DNA of 64,000 bases, taken from the NCBI GenBank assembly GCA_963771175.1, contig CAVYSY010000021.1, forward strand, positions 1 through 64,000. Reading direction: 5' to 3'. This stretch comes from an uncultured delta proteobacterium. Its GTDB lineage: Bacteria; Myxococcota; Myxococcia; Myxococcales; Myxococcaceae. Positions 12,919-25,259 of this stretch are shown piece after piece. Numbering within the stretch: position 1 is the first letter of the stretch; each line of letters opens with the position of its first letter. The notes beneath the pieces are model-generated. The model was not told the DNA's origin and ran no database searches. It worked only from the letters and a program-made list of their open reading frames with translations. The position numbers were made by a program, and so were the translations under genes.

Positions 12919-13866
12919 TCAGGCGGCGCTGGTGGCGGCGGGCTTGCCGCGCAGGATGTCGATGAGGATGTCCTCCAGGCGCGAGTGGCGTGTCTCCACG
13001 TCCCCCACCGGGAGGCCCTGCGCGTAGAGGGCGCGCAGCGATGTCGCCCCCGGGGGTGCAGCCCTCGCGCTCGGGGTAGGTGAAGGTGCGGCCGTCGGCC
13101 GAGAGCGTGGCGCCCGCCTCGCGCATCGGCTCGGGCAGCTCGGTGACGGGCGCGGTGAAGGTGACGAGCAGGCGCTTCTCGCCCCAGCGGCGCAGCAGGG
13201 CCTTCTTGTCCTCCACCATCAGCAGCCGGCCCTCGTCGATGATGCCCACGCGGTCGGCCAGCTCCTCGGCCTCCTCCAGGTAGTGCGTGGTGAGGACGAT
13301 GGTGGTGCCCTCGGCGGCGCAGCTTGCGCACGTAGGTCCACAAGTCCCGGCGCAGCTCCACGTCCACGCCGGCGGTGGGCTCGTCGAGGAAGACGAGCCG
13401 CGGCTTGTGCACCAGCGCCTTGGCGATGAGCAGCCGGCGCTTCATGCCGCCCGACAGCGCGCGCGTGAGCGAGTCCGCCTTGTTCCGCAGGTTGAGCGCG
13501 GTGAGCACCTCCATCACCCGCGCCTCGTCGCCGCTCGTGCCCGTAGTAGCCCTGCTGGATGTAGAGCGACTCGGCCACGGTGAAGAAGGGATCGAAGTTG
13601 ATCTCCTGCGGCACCAGCCCCACCTCGTAGCGCGGGCGCACCGGGTCCTCGTCCAGGTCGTGCCCGAAGACGAAGATCTTCCCGCTCGTCTTCTTCACCA
13701 GCCCGCACACCGAGCCGATCAGCGTCGTCTTGCCGGCGCCGTTGGGGCCGAGCAGGGCGAAGATCTCCCCGGGGCGGATGGTGAGGTTGACGTCGGAGAG
13801 GGCCGTGAGCTTGCCGCCATAGCTTTTGGTGAGACCCTGGAGCTCGAGCGCGGGAGGGGAAGACAT
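12919..13866 (-). CDS. ABC ATP-binding protein, YadG-like (frameshifts)
   Basis: [26 protein letters not shown] spread over three frames. Confidence 0.85.
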
Positions 13867-13930
13867 GGTGGTGGGCCTTTACCACCACCACGGCTCGCGA
13901 AAAGGCCCGACCGCGTTACAATGGGGCTGA

Positions 13931-14485
13931 ATGCTTACCGTGAGAGAGCTGAGAGGGCTGGCGGGGAAGCTGTCGGAGGCGTACTTCTGTCGGCAGATTG
14001 GTCCGTTCGCGCTGGTGCAGAAGCCTCCGAAGCCGGTGGTGGAGCAGATGGCGCTCCGATTGGGGGCCCAGCGCACGGTGCTGGGCAACGGCATGGGCAG
14101 CCTGGAGGCGCTCCAGGTGTCGATGCTGCTGAACTTCGACCAGCTGCAGGTGGCCACGCTGCCGCCGCTGCGCACCTATGACGCGCTCTCCGTGGGGCGG
14201 CTGCCGAGCTGCGACCTGGTCATCAACGACCCGTCGGTGTCCAAGCAGCACGCGGAGCTGCGCTGGCACGGGCCGGCCTCCACCTGCTGCGTGAAGGACC
14301 TGCAGTCCACCAACAACACCTTGCTCAACGGCCAGCCGCTCACGCCCATGCAGGAGTACGTCGTCCGGGACGGAGACCTGGTGCGCTTCGGGGACGCGGA
14401 CTTCGCCTTCTTCCTGGCGAAGTCGCTGCACGCCCGGCTCCTGCGGACGGGCCCGCTCGGGATGTCCCCCGAGGCGGATCGGTAG
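13931..14485 (+). CDS. FHA domain protein
   Basis: VGRLPSCD, SVSKQHA, DLQSTNNT, DGDLVRFG. Confidence 0.85.
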   Translation: MLTVRELRGLAGKLSEAYFCRQIGPFALVQKPPKPVVEQMALRLGAQRTVLGNGMGSLEALQVSMLLNFDQLQVATLPPLRTYDALSVGRLPSCDLVINDPSVSKQHAELRWHGPASTCCVKDLQSTNNTLLNGQPLTPMQEYVVRDGDLVRFGDADFAFFLAKSLHARLLRTGPLGMSPEADR

Positions 14486-14707
14486 GGCCCGGCGTCCCGC
14501 CTGGAGGGCAGGGGGCCCTGGGGAAGGCCCGGTCGCGGAAGCCTCGGAGGACGCGGGGCGCGGCGCGGGCTGTTCGTATCCGGAAGTGGCGGAAGCCCGG
14601 GGTGATATGCCCCCGGGGCGAGCGAGCGACCGAGCAGCTTGAGCCGGCTCGGGCTCCTTGGTATCCGCCACCGTTCACGTCACCTCGTCGGAGGCAGAAA
14701 GAGCACG

Positions 14708-16389
<1,682 letters not shown>

Positions 16390-16407
16390 GGGGTTCTCCG
16401 ACGCGCC

Positions 16408-16437
16408 ACGCCCCTCTCCCACTCTGGGAGAGGGGTG
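16408..16437. terminator. Hairpin after ettA
   Basis: CCCCTCTCCC-ACTCT-GGGAGAGGGG followed by T-rich sequence. Confidence 0.55.
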
Positions 16438-16547
16438 TTGTTTCTCGAATTCGGGTTTTCCCGAATCCTTTTGCTGCCTCCGTGGCTCATGTCTTTGAGC
16501 CACGCTCTCCCTGCGCGCGCACAGGGGAGCCTTCACAGGAGGCAGTT

Positions 16548-18194
16548 GTGCGACGTTTTCTTATATCCAGGGTTCCCCTGGCCCTCACCCTGCTGTCGGC
16601 GGCCTGTTCCTACGCCCAGACGGAGCCGGTGGCGGACCCTCGGTTCATCTCCACGCACTTCTCGGGCTCGGGCAACTGCGCCACCTGCCACAACGGGTTG
16701 AAGGACCCGTCGGGGACCGACGTCTCCATCGAGACGGACTGGGCGTCGACGATGATGGCCAACTCGACGAGGGACCCTTTCTGGCGAGCCAAGCTGGCCA
16801 GCGAGCTGCGCCGCAACCCTCAGCTCTCGAGCGTGGTGAATGACAAGTGCACGCGCTGCCACGCTCCCATGGCCAACGTGGAGGCCAAGCATGATGGCGC
16901 ACCCGTCCAGGTGTTCAACGGGGGTTTCCTGGATGCGCAGAACGCCTACTTCAACCATGCGCTGAACGGGGTGAGCTGCACGGTGTGCCACCAGATACAG
17001 GACAACGGCAAGCTGGGCACGCTCGAGGGCTTCTCCGGCAAGTACTCCATCGGGACGTATGCCAACCCGGTGAACCGCCTCATCTTCGGGCAGTACTCCA
17101 ACCCCCGCGTGGCACCGATGCAGAACCAGGTGCAGTACACGCCGGCGTACGGGGCCCACACCGCGAGCTCGGAGATGTGCGCGACCTGCCACAATCTCAA
17201 GACACCGTTCGTGGACGCGGCTGGCAACGTGGTCAGCACCACGCCCGAGAGCGAGTTCCCCGAGCAGATGGTGTACTCGGAGTGGAAGCACAGCGTCTTC
17301 GCCTCCACCGGCGCCGAGGCGCGCAGCTGCGTGGGCTGCCACATGCCGGAGGTGGACGGCGTCGTCATCTCCAACCGGCCGTTCAACCTGTCCCCGCGAA
17401 ACGGCTTCGGCAAGCACTACTTCGTGGGTGGCAACACGATGATGCTCGACATGCTGGACACCCACCGTACGGAGCTCGGGGTGACGGCGACCGGCTTCGC
17501 GACCACCATCGCGCGTACGAGGGACGTGCTCGCCTCGGCGGCCTCGCTGCAGGTGCTCTCCGCGAGCCGGAGCGGCGGCCAGCTCACGGTGCGGCTCCAG
17601 GTGGACAACAGCTCCGGGCACAAGCTGCCCAGCAGCTATCCCTCCCGGCGCGCCTGGCTCCATGTCACCGTGAAGGATGGGGCCGGCAACGTGCTCTTCG
17701 AGTCGGGCGGGGTGAACGCGGATGGCAGCATCATCGGCGTGGACGCGGATGCCTCTCCGTCCCTCTACGAGCCGCACTATGACGTCATCACCCAGGGCGA
17801 CCAGGTGCAGGTGTACGAAAGCATCATGGGGGACACGGACGGGAATCTCACCTACACGCTGCTGCGCGCCGCCACCTACTTGAAGGACAACCGCCTCCTG
17901 CCGCGGGGGTTCGACAAGGCCACCGCGCCCTCGGACATCCGGGTGATGGGCGGGGCGGCGAGTGATGCGAGCTTCATCGGAGGGAGCGATACCCTCACCT
18001 ATCAGGTGCCGGTGAGCGGCAGCGGCAACCTCACGGTTTCGGCCGAACTCCTGTTCCAGTCCATGGCCTACGGCTTCGTGCAGGATCTGGCCTCCGACGC
18101 GGCCGATCCCTTCGTGGCCCGCTTCCTGGGCTACTACGACCAGGCCACACTCCGCTCCGAGCGCATCGCCTCGGTGAGTGTCGTGGTGCCCTGA
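16548..18194 (+). CDS. Exported multiheme c-type cytochrome (5 CxxCH)
   Basis: CATCH, CTRCH, CTVCH, CATCH, CVGCH; signal peptide; [16 protein letters not shown]-domain; GTG start inferred. Confidence 0.85.
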   Translation: MRRFLISRVPLALTLLSAACSYAQTEPVADPRFISTHFSGSGNCATCHNGLKDPSGTDVSIETDWASTMMANSTRDPFWRAKLASELRRNPQLSSVVNDKCTRCHAPMANVEAKHDGAPVQVFNGGFLDAQNAYFNHALNGVSCTVCHQIQDNGKLGTLEGFSGKYSIGTYANPVNRLIFGQYSNPRVAPMQNQVQYTPAYGAHTASSEMCATCHNLKTPFVDAAGNVVSTTPESEFPEQMVYSEWKHSVFASTGAEARSCVGCHMPEVDGVVISNRPFNLSPRNGFGKHYFVGGNTMMLDMLDTHRTELGVTATGFATTIARTRDVLASAASLQVLSASRSGGQLTVRLQVDNSSGHKLPSSYPSRRAWLHVTVKDGAGNVLFESGGVNADGSIIGVDADASPSLYEPHYDVITQGDQVQVYESIMGDTDGNLTYTLLRAATYLKDNRLLPRGFDKATAPSDIRVMGGAASDASFIGGSDTLTYQVPVSGSGNLTVSAELLFQSMAYGFVQDLASDAADPFVARFLGYYDQATLRSERIASVSVVVP

Positions 18195-18288
18195 GGCTCG
18201 CTTCCGTCACCGGGCCTTCTTCGGCGCGCTGGTCGCGCTCAGCGCCAAGAAAGACGCAAAGGTCGCCCTGGGTGCGCTTACGCGGGGG

Positions 18289-18858
18289 CTATACCTCCTC
18301 GAACTTCGTGCCGGTGGTGCCCATCCTCTCCAAGGCATCCTTGATGTCCTCGGAGACGATCAGGGCGACCTCCCATCCTTCCGGACGGAACACCTTGGCC
18401 TTGCCCACCTTCGTCTTGTCGATGTGCAGGTCGTCCACCGCGTAATACTGACCGACCATATCGGGTAGGCCATCCTCGGGCTGCCAGAACTGCACTTTCG
18501 AGGCTTTCTCGTCGATACACCGGAGCCGTCGCGTGGCCACCAGGAGGAGGTACTGATCGGGCTGGCCCTCGATGTCCACGGGAATGAGCTGCACGTCATC
18601 GGGAGCCATCTCCGAGAGGAGGGCGGCCACCTTGACGTGGACGACCGGGATTCTCGAATTCGTCTCGGAGAAGTCCAGCGGCCGGCCCTCGCGCTCGATG
18701 AAGATTTTCAAACGCCCATCGACGCGCACGGGCGTTCCCAGCCTGAAATCCCAGTCCTCTACCCCTCGGCCCTGGCTGTCGATGGGATTCTTCAGGTGCC
18801 AGCGGCCCCGAACATACACATCATCATGCAGATTGAAGAAGCGCTTCGGCATGGGCAC
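18289..18858 (-). CDS. Imm11/DUF1629-type immunity protein
   Basis: MPKRFFNLHDDVYVRGRWHL, GRPLDFS, LRCIDEKAS, VFRPEGWEVALIVSE pattern of myxobacterial AHH-toxin immunity proteins. Confidence 0.75.
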   Translation of the reverse strand: MPMPKRFFNLHDDVYVRGRWHLKNPIDSQGRGVEDWDFRLGTPVRVDGRLKIFIEREGRPLDFSETNSRIPVVHVKVAALLSEMAPDDVQLIPVDIEGQPDQYLLLVATRRLRCIDEKASKVQFWQPEDGLPDMVGQYYAVDDLHIDKTKVGKAKVFRPEGWEVALIVSEDIKDALERMGTTGTKFEEV

Positions 18859-18983
18859 CTATCGCGGCTCGGCTCGGGTGACGAGTTGGTTCAGTTCCGT
18901 GCGTCCAAATGGACATACCGTTGGGTCCCGCTGCATGCGGCATGCAGCATCAACAGCAGCGCACCTGTTCGACGCGGAATCAT
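18859..18983 (-). pseudogene. Internally deleted lipoprotein toxin gene
   Basis: Mini-ORF 18983..18891 MIPRRTGALLLMLHAACSGTQRYVHLDARN* fused out of frame to ...TELNQLVTRAEPR*, whose stop abuts the immunity start. Confidence 0.65.
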
Positions 18984-19175
18984 GGGTCATCCTACCCCCA
19001 TTGGTTCGAAAGCCGCCCCAGTCCGCCAGCGGCGGGGGTCCACACGGTTGGCGACCCAAGGACAGGAGACTCCCACCCGACCTTCCCTGGAGGGAGGGGG
19101 AAAGCCCGGTTTTCAACCTGAACCCGGCCGGGATATGGGCAGCGTCCCGGGTCGCGCTATGGTGCCAGCGCGCCC

Positions 19176-20336
19176 ATGAACGTCGTCTTCATCTCGCCCC
19201 ATTTCCCTCCGCAGTTCTTCCACTTCGTCACCGCCCTGCGCGAGCGCGGTGTCAACGTGCTGGGCATCGGCGACACCCCCTACGACTCCCTCCGCCACGA
19301 GCTGCGCGAGTCCCTCTCCGAGTACTTCTTCACCCCCAACCTCAACGACTACGACGCCCTCCTGCGCGCCGTCGGCTACCTCACCTGGCGCCACGGCCGC
19401 ATCGATCGCATCGACTCGCTCAACGAGACCTGGCTCGAGGTCGAAGCCCGCCTCCGCGAGGACTTCCACGTCCCCGGCCTCCTCCCCGCCGACATCGCCC
19501 GCCTGCGCACCAAGCTCGGCATGCACGATGTCTTCAAGAAGGCCGGCGTCGCCCACCCCGATGGCATCCCCGTCAAGGACGCCGCCGGGGTGAAGGCCTT
19601 CGCCCGGAGCGTCGGCTACCCGCTCGTCCTCAAGCCCGACGTGGGCGTCGGCGCCGCTCGCACCTTCAAGGTCTCCAGCGACGCCGAGGTGGACGCCGCC
19701 CTCGCGGCGCCCCTCCCCGGCTACATGGCCCAGACCTTCGTCCGCGGCGCCATCGTCACCTATGACGGCCTCGTGGACCGCGAGGGCCACATCGTCTTCC
19801 GCCTCAGCCACGAGTACAGCGAGGGCGTCATGGAGGTGGTGCTCGAGCAGCGCGACATCTCCTTCTGGAGCCTCAAGGAGATTCCTCCCGCGCTCGAGTC
19901 GCTCGGCCGCCGCGCCGTGGCCGCGCTCGGTCTGCGCGAGCGCTGGTTCCACCTCGAGTTCTTCCGCCTGTCCGATGGCAGCTACGTCGCCCTGGAGGCC
20001 AACCTGCGCCCGCCCGGTGGCTTCATGACGGACATGATGAACTACGCGTGCGACATCGACGTGTACCGGCTCTGGGCCCGCGTCCTCCTCGGCGAGGAGC
20101 TGCGCGACTTCCGCTACACGCCTCGCTACCACGTGTGCCACAGCGCCCGTCGCGCCACCCGGCGCTACCGCTACACCCACGAGGAGCTGGTGGCGAAGCT
20201 CGGCGACGCGCTCCTCATGCACCGCGAGATGCCCGCCGTCTACCACAGCGCCATGGGCAACGAGATGTACCTCACCCGCCACGAGAGCCTCGCCGCCGTG
20301 CACGACGCCGTGCGTCTCATCCAGAGCACGGTGTGA
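19176..20336 (+). CDS. ATP-grasp domain protein
   Basis: VGYPLVLKPDVGVGA, FHLEFF, LEANLRPPGG. Confidence 0.85.
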   Translation: MNVVFISPHFPPQFFHFVTALRERGVNVLGIGDTPYDSLRHELRESLSEYFFTPNLNDYDALLRAVGYLTWRHGRIDRIDSLNETWLEVEARLREDFHVPGLLPADIARLRTKLGMHDVFKKAGVAHPDGIPVKDAAGVKAFARSVGYPLVLKPDVGVGAARTFKVSSDAEVDAALAAPLPGYMAQTFVRGAIVTYDGLVDREGHIVFRLSHEYSEGVMEVVLEQRDISFWSLKEIPPALESLGRRAVAALGLRERWFHLEFFRLSDGSYVALEANLRPPGGFMTDMMNYACDIDVYRLWARVLLGEELRDFRYTPRYHVCHSARRATRRYRYTHEELVAKLGDALLMHREMPAVYHSAMGNEMYLTRHESLAAVHDAVRLIQSTV

Positions 20337-20349
20337 GTGTCCTCGGGCC

Positions 20350-20919
20350 TCAGCGCTCCTTCCAGGTGAGGAGGTAGGTGGTGCTCTCCTCCTCCCGGCG
20401 CACGATGGTCGCCTGGGGCTCCTCCGCGCCGCTCTCCCGCAGGAAGCTGACGAAGAGCGCCTCGGAGTACCCGGGCGCGTCCACCACCGAGTTCATCCAC
20501 AGCTCGTAGCTGCAGGGCCCCAGCTCCGTCAGCCGCGCCTCGGTGTAGTTGTCCGAGGAACGCAGCGCCTGCACCATCCGGCTCACCGTGCGCTTGGGGC
20601 CGAGCAGCCGCAGCAGCCGCAGCAGCGCGCGTCCCACCGGCGTCCGTCCGTAGCCCTCCACGTGGTCCACCGCGAGCTGGCGGAAGGCCTCCTCGCGCGT
20701 CAGGCCCGGGTACACCTCCTCGACGATGAGCTGGAGGCAGTGCACCCACTGCGTCACCCGGTAGGCCGGGAGCAGCGGCCGGTCCAGGTCCAGCCCCACC
20801 TGCTTCAAGCGCTCGCGCAGTCGAGGTGTCACTCGCGTGCCCACCCCGTGGCGGAGCAGACCCTCCACCACATGGAGGAGGACGACGCGGTCTTCCCGCT
20901 TCACGTCGCGGGGTCTCAC
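20350..20919 (-). CDS. DUF2378 family protein
   Basis: VEGLL, GLDLDRPLLPAY, GYGRTPVG, RSSDNYTE. Confidence 0.8.
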   Translation of the reverse strand: MRPRDVKREDRVVLLHVVEGLLRHGVGTRVTPRLRERLKQVGLDLDRPLLPAYRVTQWVHCLQLIVEEVYPGLTREEAFRQLAVDHVEGYGRTPVGRALLRLLRLLGPKRTVSRMVQALRSSDNYTEARLTELGPCSYELWMNSVVDAPGYSEALFVSFLRESGAEEPQATIVRREEESTTYLLTWKER

Positions 20920-20929
20920 CCGGGCCTCG

Positions 20930-21703
20930 TCAGCTCAGCAACCAGCGCATGGCGAACGGGAGCCGACGCTGCCAGTCCCGCTCGTGGTGGAGCCCGCCCG
21001 GCTCCAGCACCAGGAACAGCTCGTGGTCCGCGTACCCGAGCTGCTTGAGGTGGACGTAGAAGTCGCGCGTGGCCTCGCCATAGGGCATCGGGACACCGCC
21101 TGGGTTGATCCACTCGTGCTCCCCCGCGTCCAGGTAGATGCGCGACCAGCTCCGGGTGTGGGCCGTCCAGTTCTCGAAGAGCTTGGACTGGCTCCACATC
21201 ACCGAGGGCGACAGCGCCCCGATGCGACCGAACACCCCGGGGTACTTCCAGCCGAGGTACAGCGACATCAGCCCGCCGAGCGACGAGCCCATGATGCCCG
21301 TCCACTCGGGGCCCTGGCGCGTGCGGTAGACGCCATCGACGTAGGGCTTGAGCGTCTCGACGATGAAGCGCGAGTAGGCCTCGCCCCGGGCGCGCACGTT
21401 GCCGCGCGGCTCGTCCCAGGGGGAGTACTCCTCGAGGCGCCCGGAGCCCGAGTCCACGCCGACGATGATCCACGGCTCCGTCTGCCCCGCGCCCACCATG
21501 TGCTCCAGTGCGAGGTTGGCGCACCAGGTGTCGAAGAGGGCCGACTCGCGGTGGGCGAAGACGTTCTGCCCGTCGTGCATATAGAGGACGGGGAACCGGT
21601 GATGGGGGGCCTGGTCGTACCCTTCCGGCGTGTAGATGCGGACGGTACGGGCGAAGCCCTCCTGCGGGGAGACGAAGTCTCGGATGATGTGCACGTGGCC
21701 CAT
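20930..21703 (-). CDS. Alpha/beta hydrolase (esterase)
   Basis: PVLYMHDGQN, GSSLGG nucleophile elbow, HHERDW. Confidence 0.88.
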   Translation of the reverse strand: MGHVHIIRDFVSPQEGFARTVRIYTPEGYDQAPHHRFPVLYMHDGQNVFAHRESALFDTWCANLALEHMVGAGQTEPWIIVGVDSGSGRLEEYSPWDEPRGNVRARGEAYSRFIVETLKPYVDGVYRTRQGPEWTGIMGSSLGGLMSLYLGWKYPGVFGRIGALSPSVMWSQSKLFENWTAHTRSWSRIYLDAGEHEWINPGGVPMPYGEATRDFYVHLKQLGYADHELFLVLEPGGLHHERDWQRRLPFAMRWLLS

Positions 21704-21798
21704 GGTGGAGGGAGCGGCGAAGAACGGCCGGGCTGAACGATAATGGCCCCGGCGCTCCCGGCCAACCCTCTCGGAGCTTCGATTCCTACGCGCGGAGT

Positions 21799-24024
21799 GT
21801 GGGCGAGCGGCGAACGGGGTCCGCGGACTGGATGGGCGTTTCCCCCGCGGGACACCTCGCAGGTGGGGTCCCCGAGGTGTCCTCGTTGGTCTCCTTCGTG
21901 CAGGGGGCCGGCCGCGTGCGCCCCGCCTGCCTGTCTGCCCTCCTGACCGTTTGGACCCTCCTGGCCTCGTCCGGCGCGAGCGCCGAGCCGTACGAGGTCG
22001 AGCTCGCCATCACCGATGAGGGGGACCTCCGGGCGCTGTACGAGGACGGTGTTCTCTCGGAGGACGACTTCGCGACGCTGCTCGAGGTGCTGCGCACCGG
22101 CGTGGACCTGCGCACGGCGACGCGCGAGGGGCTGTACTCGCTGCCGGGCCTCACCTGGGCGCAGGTGGATGCCCTCCTCGCGTACCGGGCGCGGGGCGAG
22201 GGACTCGGGGAGCCGGGGGAGCTCGTGGAGGCCGGGGTGCTCACCGCGGAGCAGCTCCGCCGGCTGCGGCCCTTCCTCGTCGGGGAGGCGCGCGGGGCCT
22301 GGGACGTCTCCGGGCGCGTGCGACTGCTGACCGCGTACGCCGCGGCGGATGCGCTGGTGCCTCCGGTGCTGCTGCAGGCCCAGGTCGACGGGCCCCTGGG
22401 CTTTGGGGGTGGAGGCGTGGCTATGCTCACCCGGCGCCGACTGGGCCCGGTGCGCTACGACTCGCGCCGCCGAGCGCTGACGGCCGGGCTCCCGGGAGTC
22501 GCGTTCGAGCTGCCGAAGCTCCACGTGGAGTGGGCGGGCGAGCACGCCTCGGTGCTGATGGGGACGTACCGGCTGGGCTTCGCGCAGCGGCTCACCCTCG
22601 ACACCACGGGCCGCCCGGCACCGGATGGCTTCGTGCCCGACGAGGCCTTCCTCGCGCCCGGCGCCCCCGAGCGGCAGTGCATGCTCTCCGGAACGGGGGC
22701 CTGTTCGGCGGAGGAGGCCCAGGGGCGCGTCACGCCGGATTTCGGTGGGACGGAGGGCTTTCGCGGCGTGGTGGGCACCGTGCACGGGAGCGTGGAGGGA
22801 TTGAAGCTGTCCCTCACCGGCTTCGGCTCGTACCAGTCACGGGACGTCTCCCAATACGAGCTGCTCGACGTGAAGACCCGGAAGACGCCGGACGTGCTCG
22901 CGGTGCTTCCCGGGTCGCGGGTGCCGGGAGTCTCGCGCTTCGCTTCGCGCACCCTGCCGGACGTCTTCCACGAGCTGGCCGCGGGTGGCCATGTCTCCGT
23001 GGGGCTCTCGCCGCGCACGAGGCTGGGAATGACTGCCTGGAGCTCCTGGCCGGTGTGGGCGGTGGAGGGCGTGGCGCTCGATTTCCGGGAGAGCTCCCGC
23101 TACCCCGAGGGCGGTGGCTTCGGCGCGGTGGGCGTGGACGCCGCGTGGGGCGCCGGGCCGGTGGACCTCTTCTTCGAGGGCGCGCGCGGTTTCGCCGCTG
23201 GGCAAGGGGGGGGCTTCGGGGCCATCCAGCGCACGGTGCTCGGCGATCGGGCGCGGGAGCTGGAGCTGTCGCTGCGCTACTACGGGCGTGACTTCGCCAA
23301 CCCCTACGGTCGCCCTGTCTCCAGCCCCGACGAGTTCGAGGGCCTGCGCGCGAGCAATGAGATGGGGGCTCGGCTGCGCTACCTGCACCGGACGGCGGAG
23401 GAGGCGTGGCGGTTGTCGGGGATGGTGGACGTGTGGACGCAGCCACCCGGGGGCGAGGCGCCCGGCCTCGTCCAACTGCGGACCTCCGCTCGGGTGGATT
23501 ACATGGAGGTGCCGGAGCTCCTGCCCTCGGTGTGGGTGGAGCATCGCAACAAGGACCTGGGACGGAACGGGCCCGGGCTCTGCTTCGAGGGCACCGAGGG
23601 GACACGGCGCGGAGAGCCCATTCCCTGTGGCGGCGAGCAGTACCGCATCGCGGGCCGGGTGCGGCTCGAGGCCACCGAGACCCTGTCGCTCGCCGTGCAA
23701 TATCAGCACACCCTCACGGGCAGCGACCGCCACCCCGAGGGCCTCCAGAAGGATGGGAGCGCCGTGCTGGATGTCCTCTTCCGGCCGCTGCCCACGCTGC
23801 GCCTGCAAGGGCGCGCGAGCTGGCGGGACGAGGACCTCTTCGAGAGCACCCGACTGACGCAGGGGCTGCGGAGCTCGCTGGAAGTGGCGTGGGCGGTGCT
23901 CCCCGAGCTGGGCACTCGTGCGCGGTACGAGCTCGCGCTGGACCTGAAGTCCCCGGAGGGCGCGCGCACGCCACCCGAGCCACCACAGCACCTCTTCCGG
24001 CTGGAGCTGGAGGGCCGTTTCTAA
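21799..24024 (+). CDS. ComEA-like helix-hairpin-helix protein fused to a probable outer-membrane beta-barrel
   Basis: VDLRTATREGLYSLPGL...LLAYR HhH motif, long alternating strand region, C-terminal FRLELEGRF; true start may be near 21898-21916. Confidence 0.7.
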   Translation: MGERRTGSADWMGVSPAGHLAGGVPEVSSLVSFVQGAGRVRPACLSALLTVWTLLASSGASAEPYEVELAITDEGDLRALYEDGVLSEDDFATLLEVLRTGVDLRTATREGLYSLPGLTWAQVDALLAYRARGEGLGEPGELVEAGVLTAEQLRRLRPFLVGEARGAWDVSGRVRLLTAYAAADALVPPVLLQAQVDGPLGFGGGGVAMLTRRRLGPVRYDSRRRALTAGLPGVAFELPKLHVEWAGEHASVLMGTYRLGFAQRLTLDTTGRPAPDGFVPDEAFLAPGAPERQCMLSGTGACSAEEAQGRVTPDFGGTEGFRGVVGTVHGSVEGLKLSLTGFGSYQSRDVSQYELLDVKTRKTPDVLAVLPGSRVPGVSRFASRTLPDVFHELAAGGHVSVGLSPRTRLGMTAWSSWPVWAVEGVALDFRESSRYPEGGGFGAVGVDAAWGAGPVDLFFEGARGFAAGQGGGFGAIQRTVLGDRARELELSLRYYGRDFANPYGRPVSSPDEFEGLRASNEMGARLRYLHRTAEEAWRLSGMVDVWTQPPGGEAPGLVQLRTSARVDYMEVPELLPSVWVEHRNKDLGRNGPGLCFEGTEGTRRGEPIPCGGEQYRIAGRVRLEATETLSLAVQYQHTLTGSDRHPEGLQKDGSAVLDVLFRPLPTLRLQGRASWRDEDLFESTRLTQGLRSSLEVAWAVLPELGTRARYELALDLKSPEGARTPPEPPQHLFRLELEGRF

Positions 24025-25259
24025 TGGAGTCGATCGTGGAGAGAGCCGTTCCCGATGTCTGTCTTGTCATGGCCCTGGCGCTCACGGGCAGCGCCTGTGG
24101 TCTGCCTTTTGGTGAGGTGGAGCCTGCCTGCGAGGGGTGGAGGTCTGGAGATGTCGTCCTCACCGAGCTGCTGCCCGACCCGGAAGGGGCGGACACCGGG
24201 CAGGAGTGGCTGGAGGTCCACAACCCCGGGCGCTCGGCGGTGGACCTGCGGGGGCTCCTGCTCTACGCGGCGCGCGCCGATGGCTCGCAGGAACGGGCGT
24301 ACCTCTTCGAGGCATCCGTGCCTCTGGAGCCGAAGGGGTACGTGGTGCTCGGAGACGTGCGCTCCGAGTCGCCGCCGGCCCACGTGAATCATTCCTACGG
24401 CGACACCCTGGGCGCCCTGGGCAACTCGGGTGGACTCGTGGGGCTGCGCTGTGGGGATGTCGTCGTGGACGAGGTGCGCTACTCCGGACCGGTGCGTGCC
24501 GGTGTGTCGCGCATCTACGACGGGAGGCTCGTTCCGGACGCGCTCGACAACGACGCGCTGGAGCGGTGGTGTGATTCACCTCCGTCGGATGCGGGAACGC
24601 CCGATGCGGGCAGTGGCTCGCGCAGGAGCCCGGGCGCCGCGAATCCGGCCTGTGCCAGTTCCAGTGGGTCCCCCGATGCGGGTGTGTCCTTGGATGGGGG
24701 AGGAGTTGCCTCGTGCAGGTCTCCGCGCACAGGGCTTCTTCGGAACGTGTCGCACCCGAGCCCCGGTGACCTCGTCATCACGGAGTTCATGGCCGATCCG
24801 AAACTCGTCGCGGATACCGCGGGCGAGTGGGTCGAGGTGTATGCCCTGCGCGACATGGACCTCAACGGAGTGAGCCTCTCGGACGAGGGGGGACGGGGTG
24901 TTCCTCTCGCGGGCGAGCCTTGTCGGGAGCTGAGGGCCGGCTCCCATGGTGTGTTCGCACGCGGCGACGAGCCCGGGCTCAATGGGGGATTGTCGCAGGT
25001 GGTGGGGACCTTCTCCTTTGGGATGGGGAACAGCGAAGGCGCCCATGCGCTTCGGCTGACCCTGGAGGGCGTGTTGCTCGATGAGGTGACGTGGAAGCGC
25101 GCCGCGACTCCCGGGGTGTCCTGGCAGCTCGACCCCTCCAAGAAGGACTCTTTGCGCAACGATGCGGAGGCGAGCTTCTGTCTGACGCCGGAGGGCGTTC
25201 AATACAACTCCTTGGACCGGGGCACTCCTGGAATGGAGAACCGTCCATGCGTCCCGTGA
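24024..25259 (+). CDS. Lipoprotein with two lamin-tail domains
   Basis: Lipobox TGSAC; VVLTELLPDP...EWLEVHN and LVITEFMADP...EWVEVY; SPGAAN/GTPGMEN ends; TAATG coupling. Confidence 0.8.
   Translation: MESIVERAVPDVCLVMALALTGSACGLPFGEVEPACEGWRSGDVVLTELLPDPEGADTGQEWLEVHNPGRSAVDLRGLLLYAARADGSQERAYLFEASVPLEPKGYVVLGDVRSESPPAHVNHSYGDTLGALGNSGGLVGLRCGDVVVDEVRYSGPVRAGVSRIYDGRLVPDALDNDALERWCDSPPSDAGTPDAGSGSRRSPGAANPACASSSGSPDAGVSLDGGGVASCRSPRTGLLRNVSHPSPGDLVITEFMADPKLVADTAGEWVEVYALRDMDLNGVSLSDEGGRGVPLAGEPCRELRAGSHGVFARGDEPGLNGGLSQVVGTFSFGMGNSEGAHALRLTLEGVLLDEVTWKRAATPGVSWQLDPSKKDSLRNDAEASFCLTPEGVQYNSLDRGTPGMENRPCVP

Noticed and set aside
19176..20336. ATP-grasp as the microviridin macrocyclase
   Set aside because: About 15 kb away and its motifs are carboxylate-amine ligase-like, not MvdC/MvdD-like
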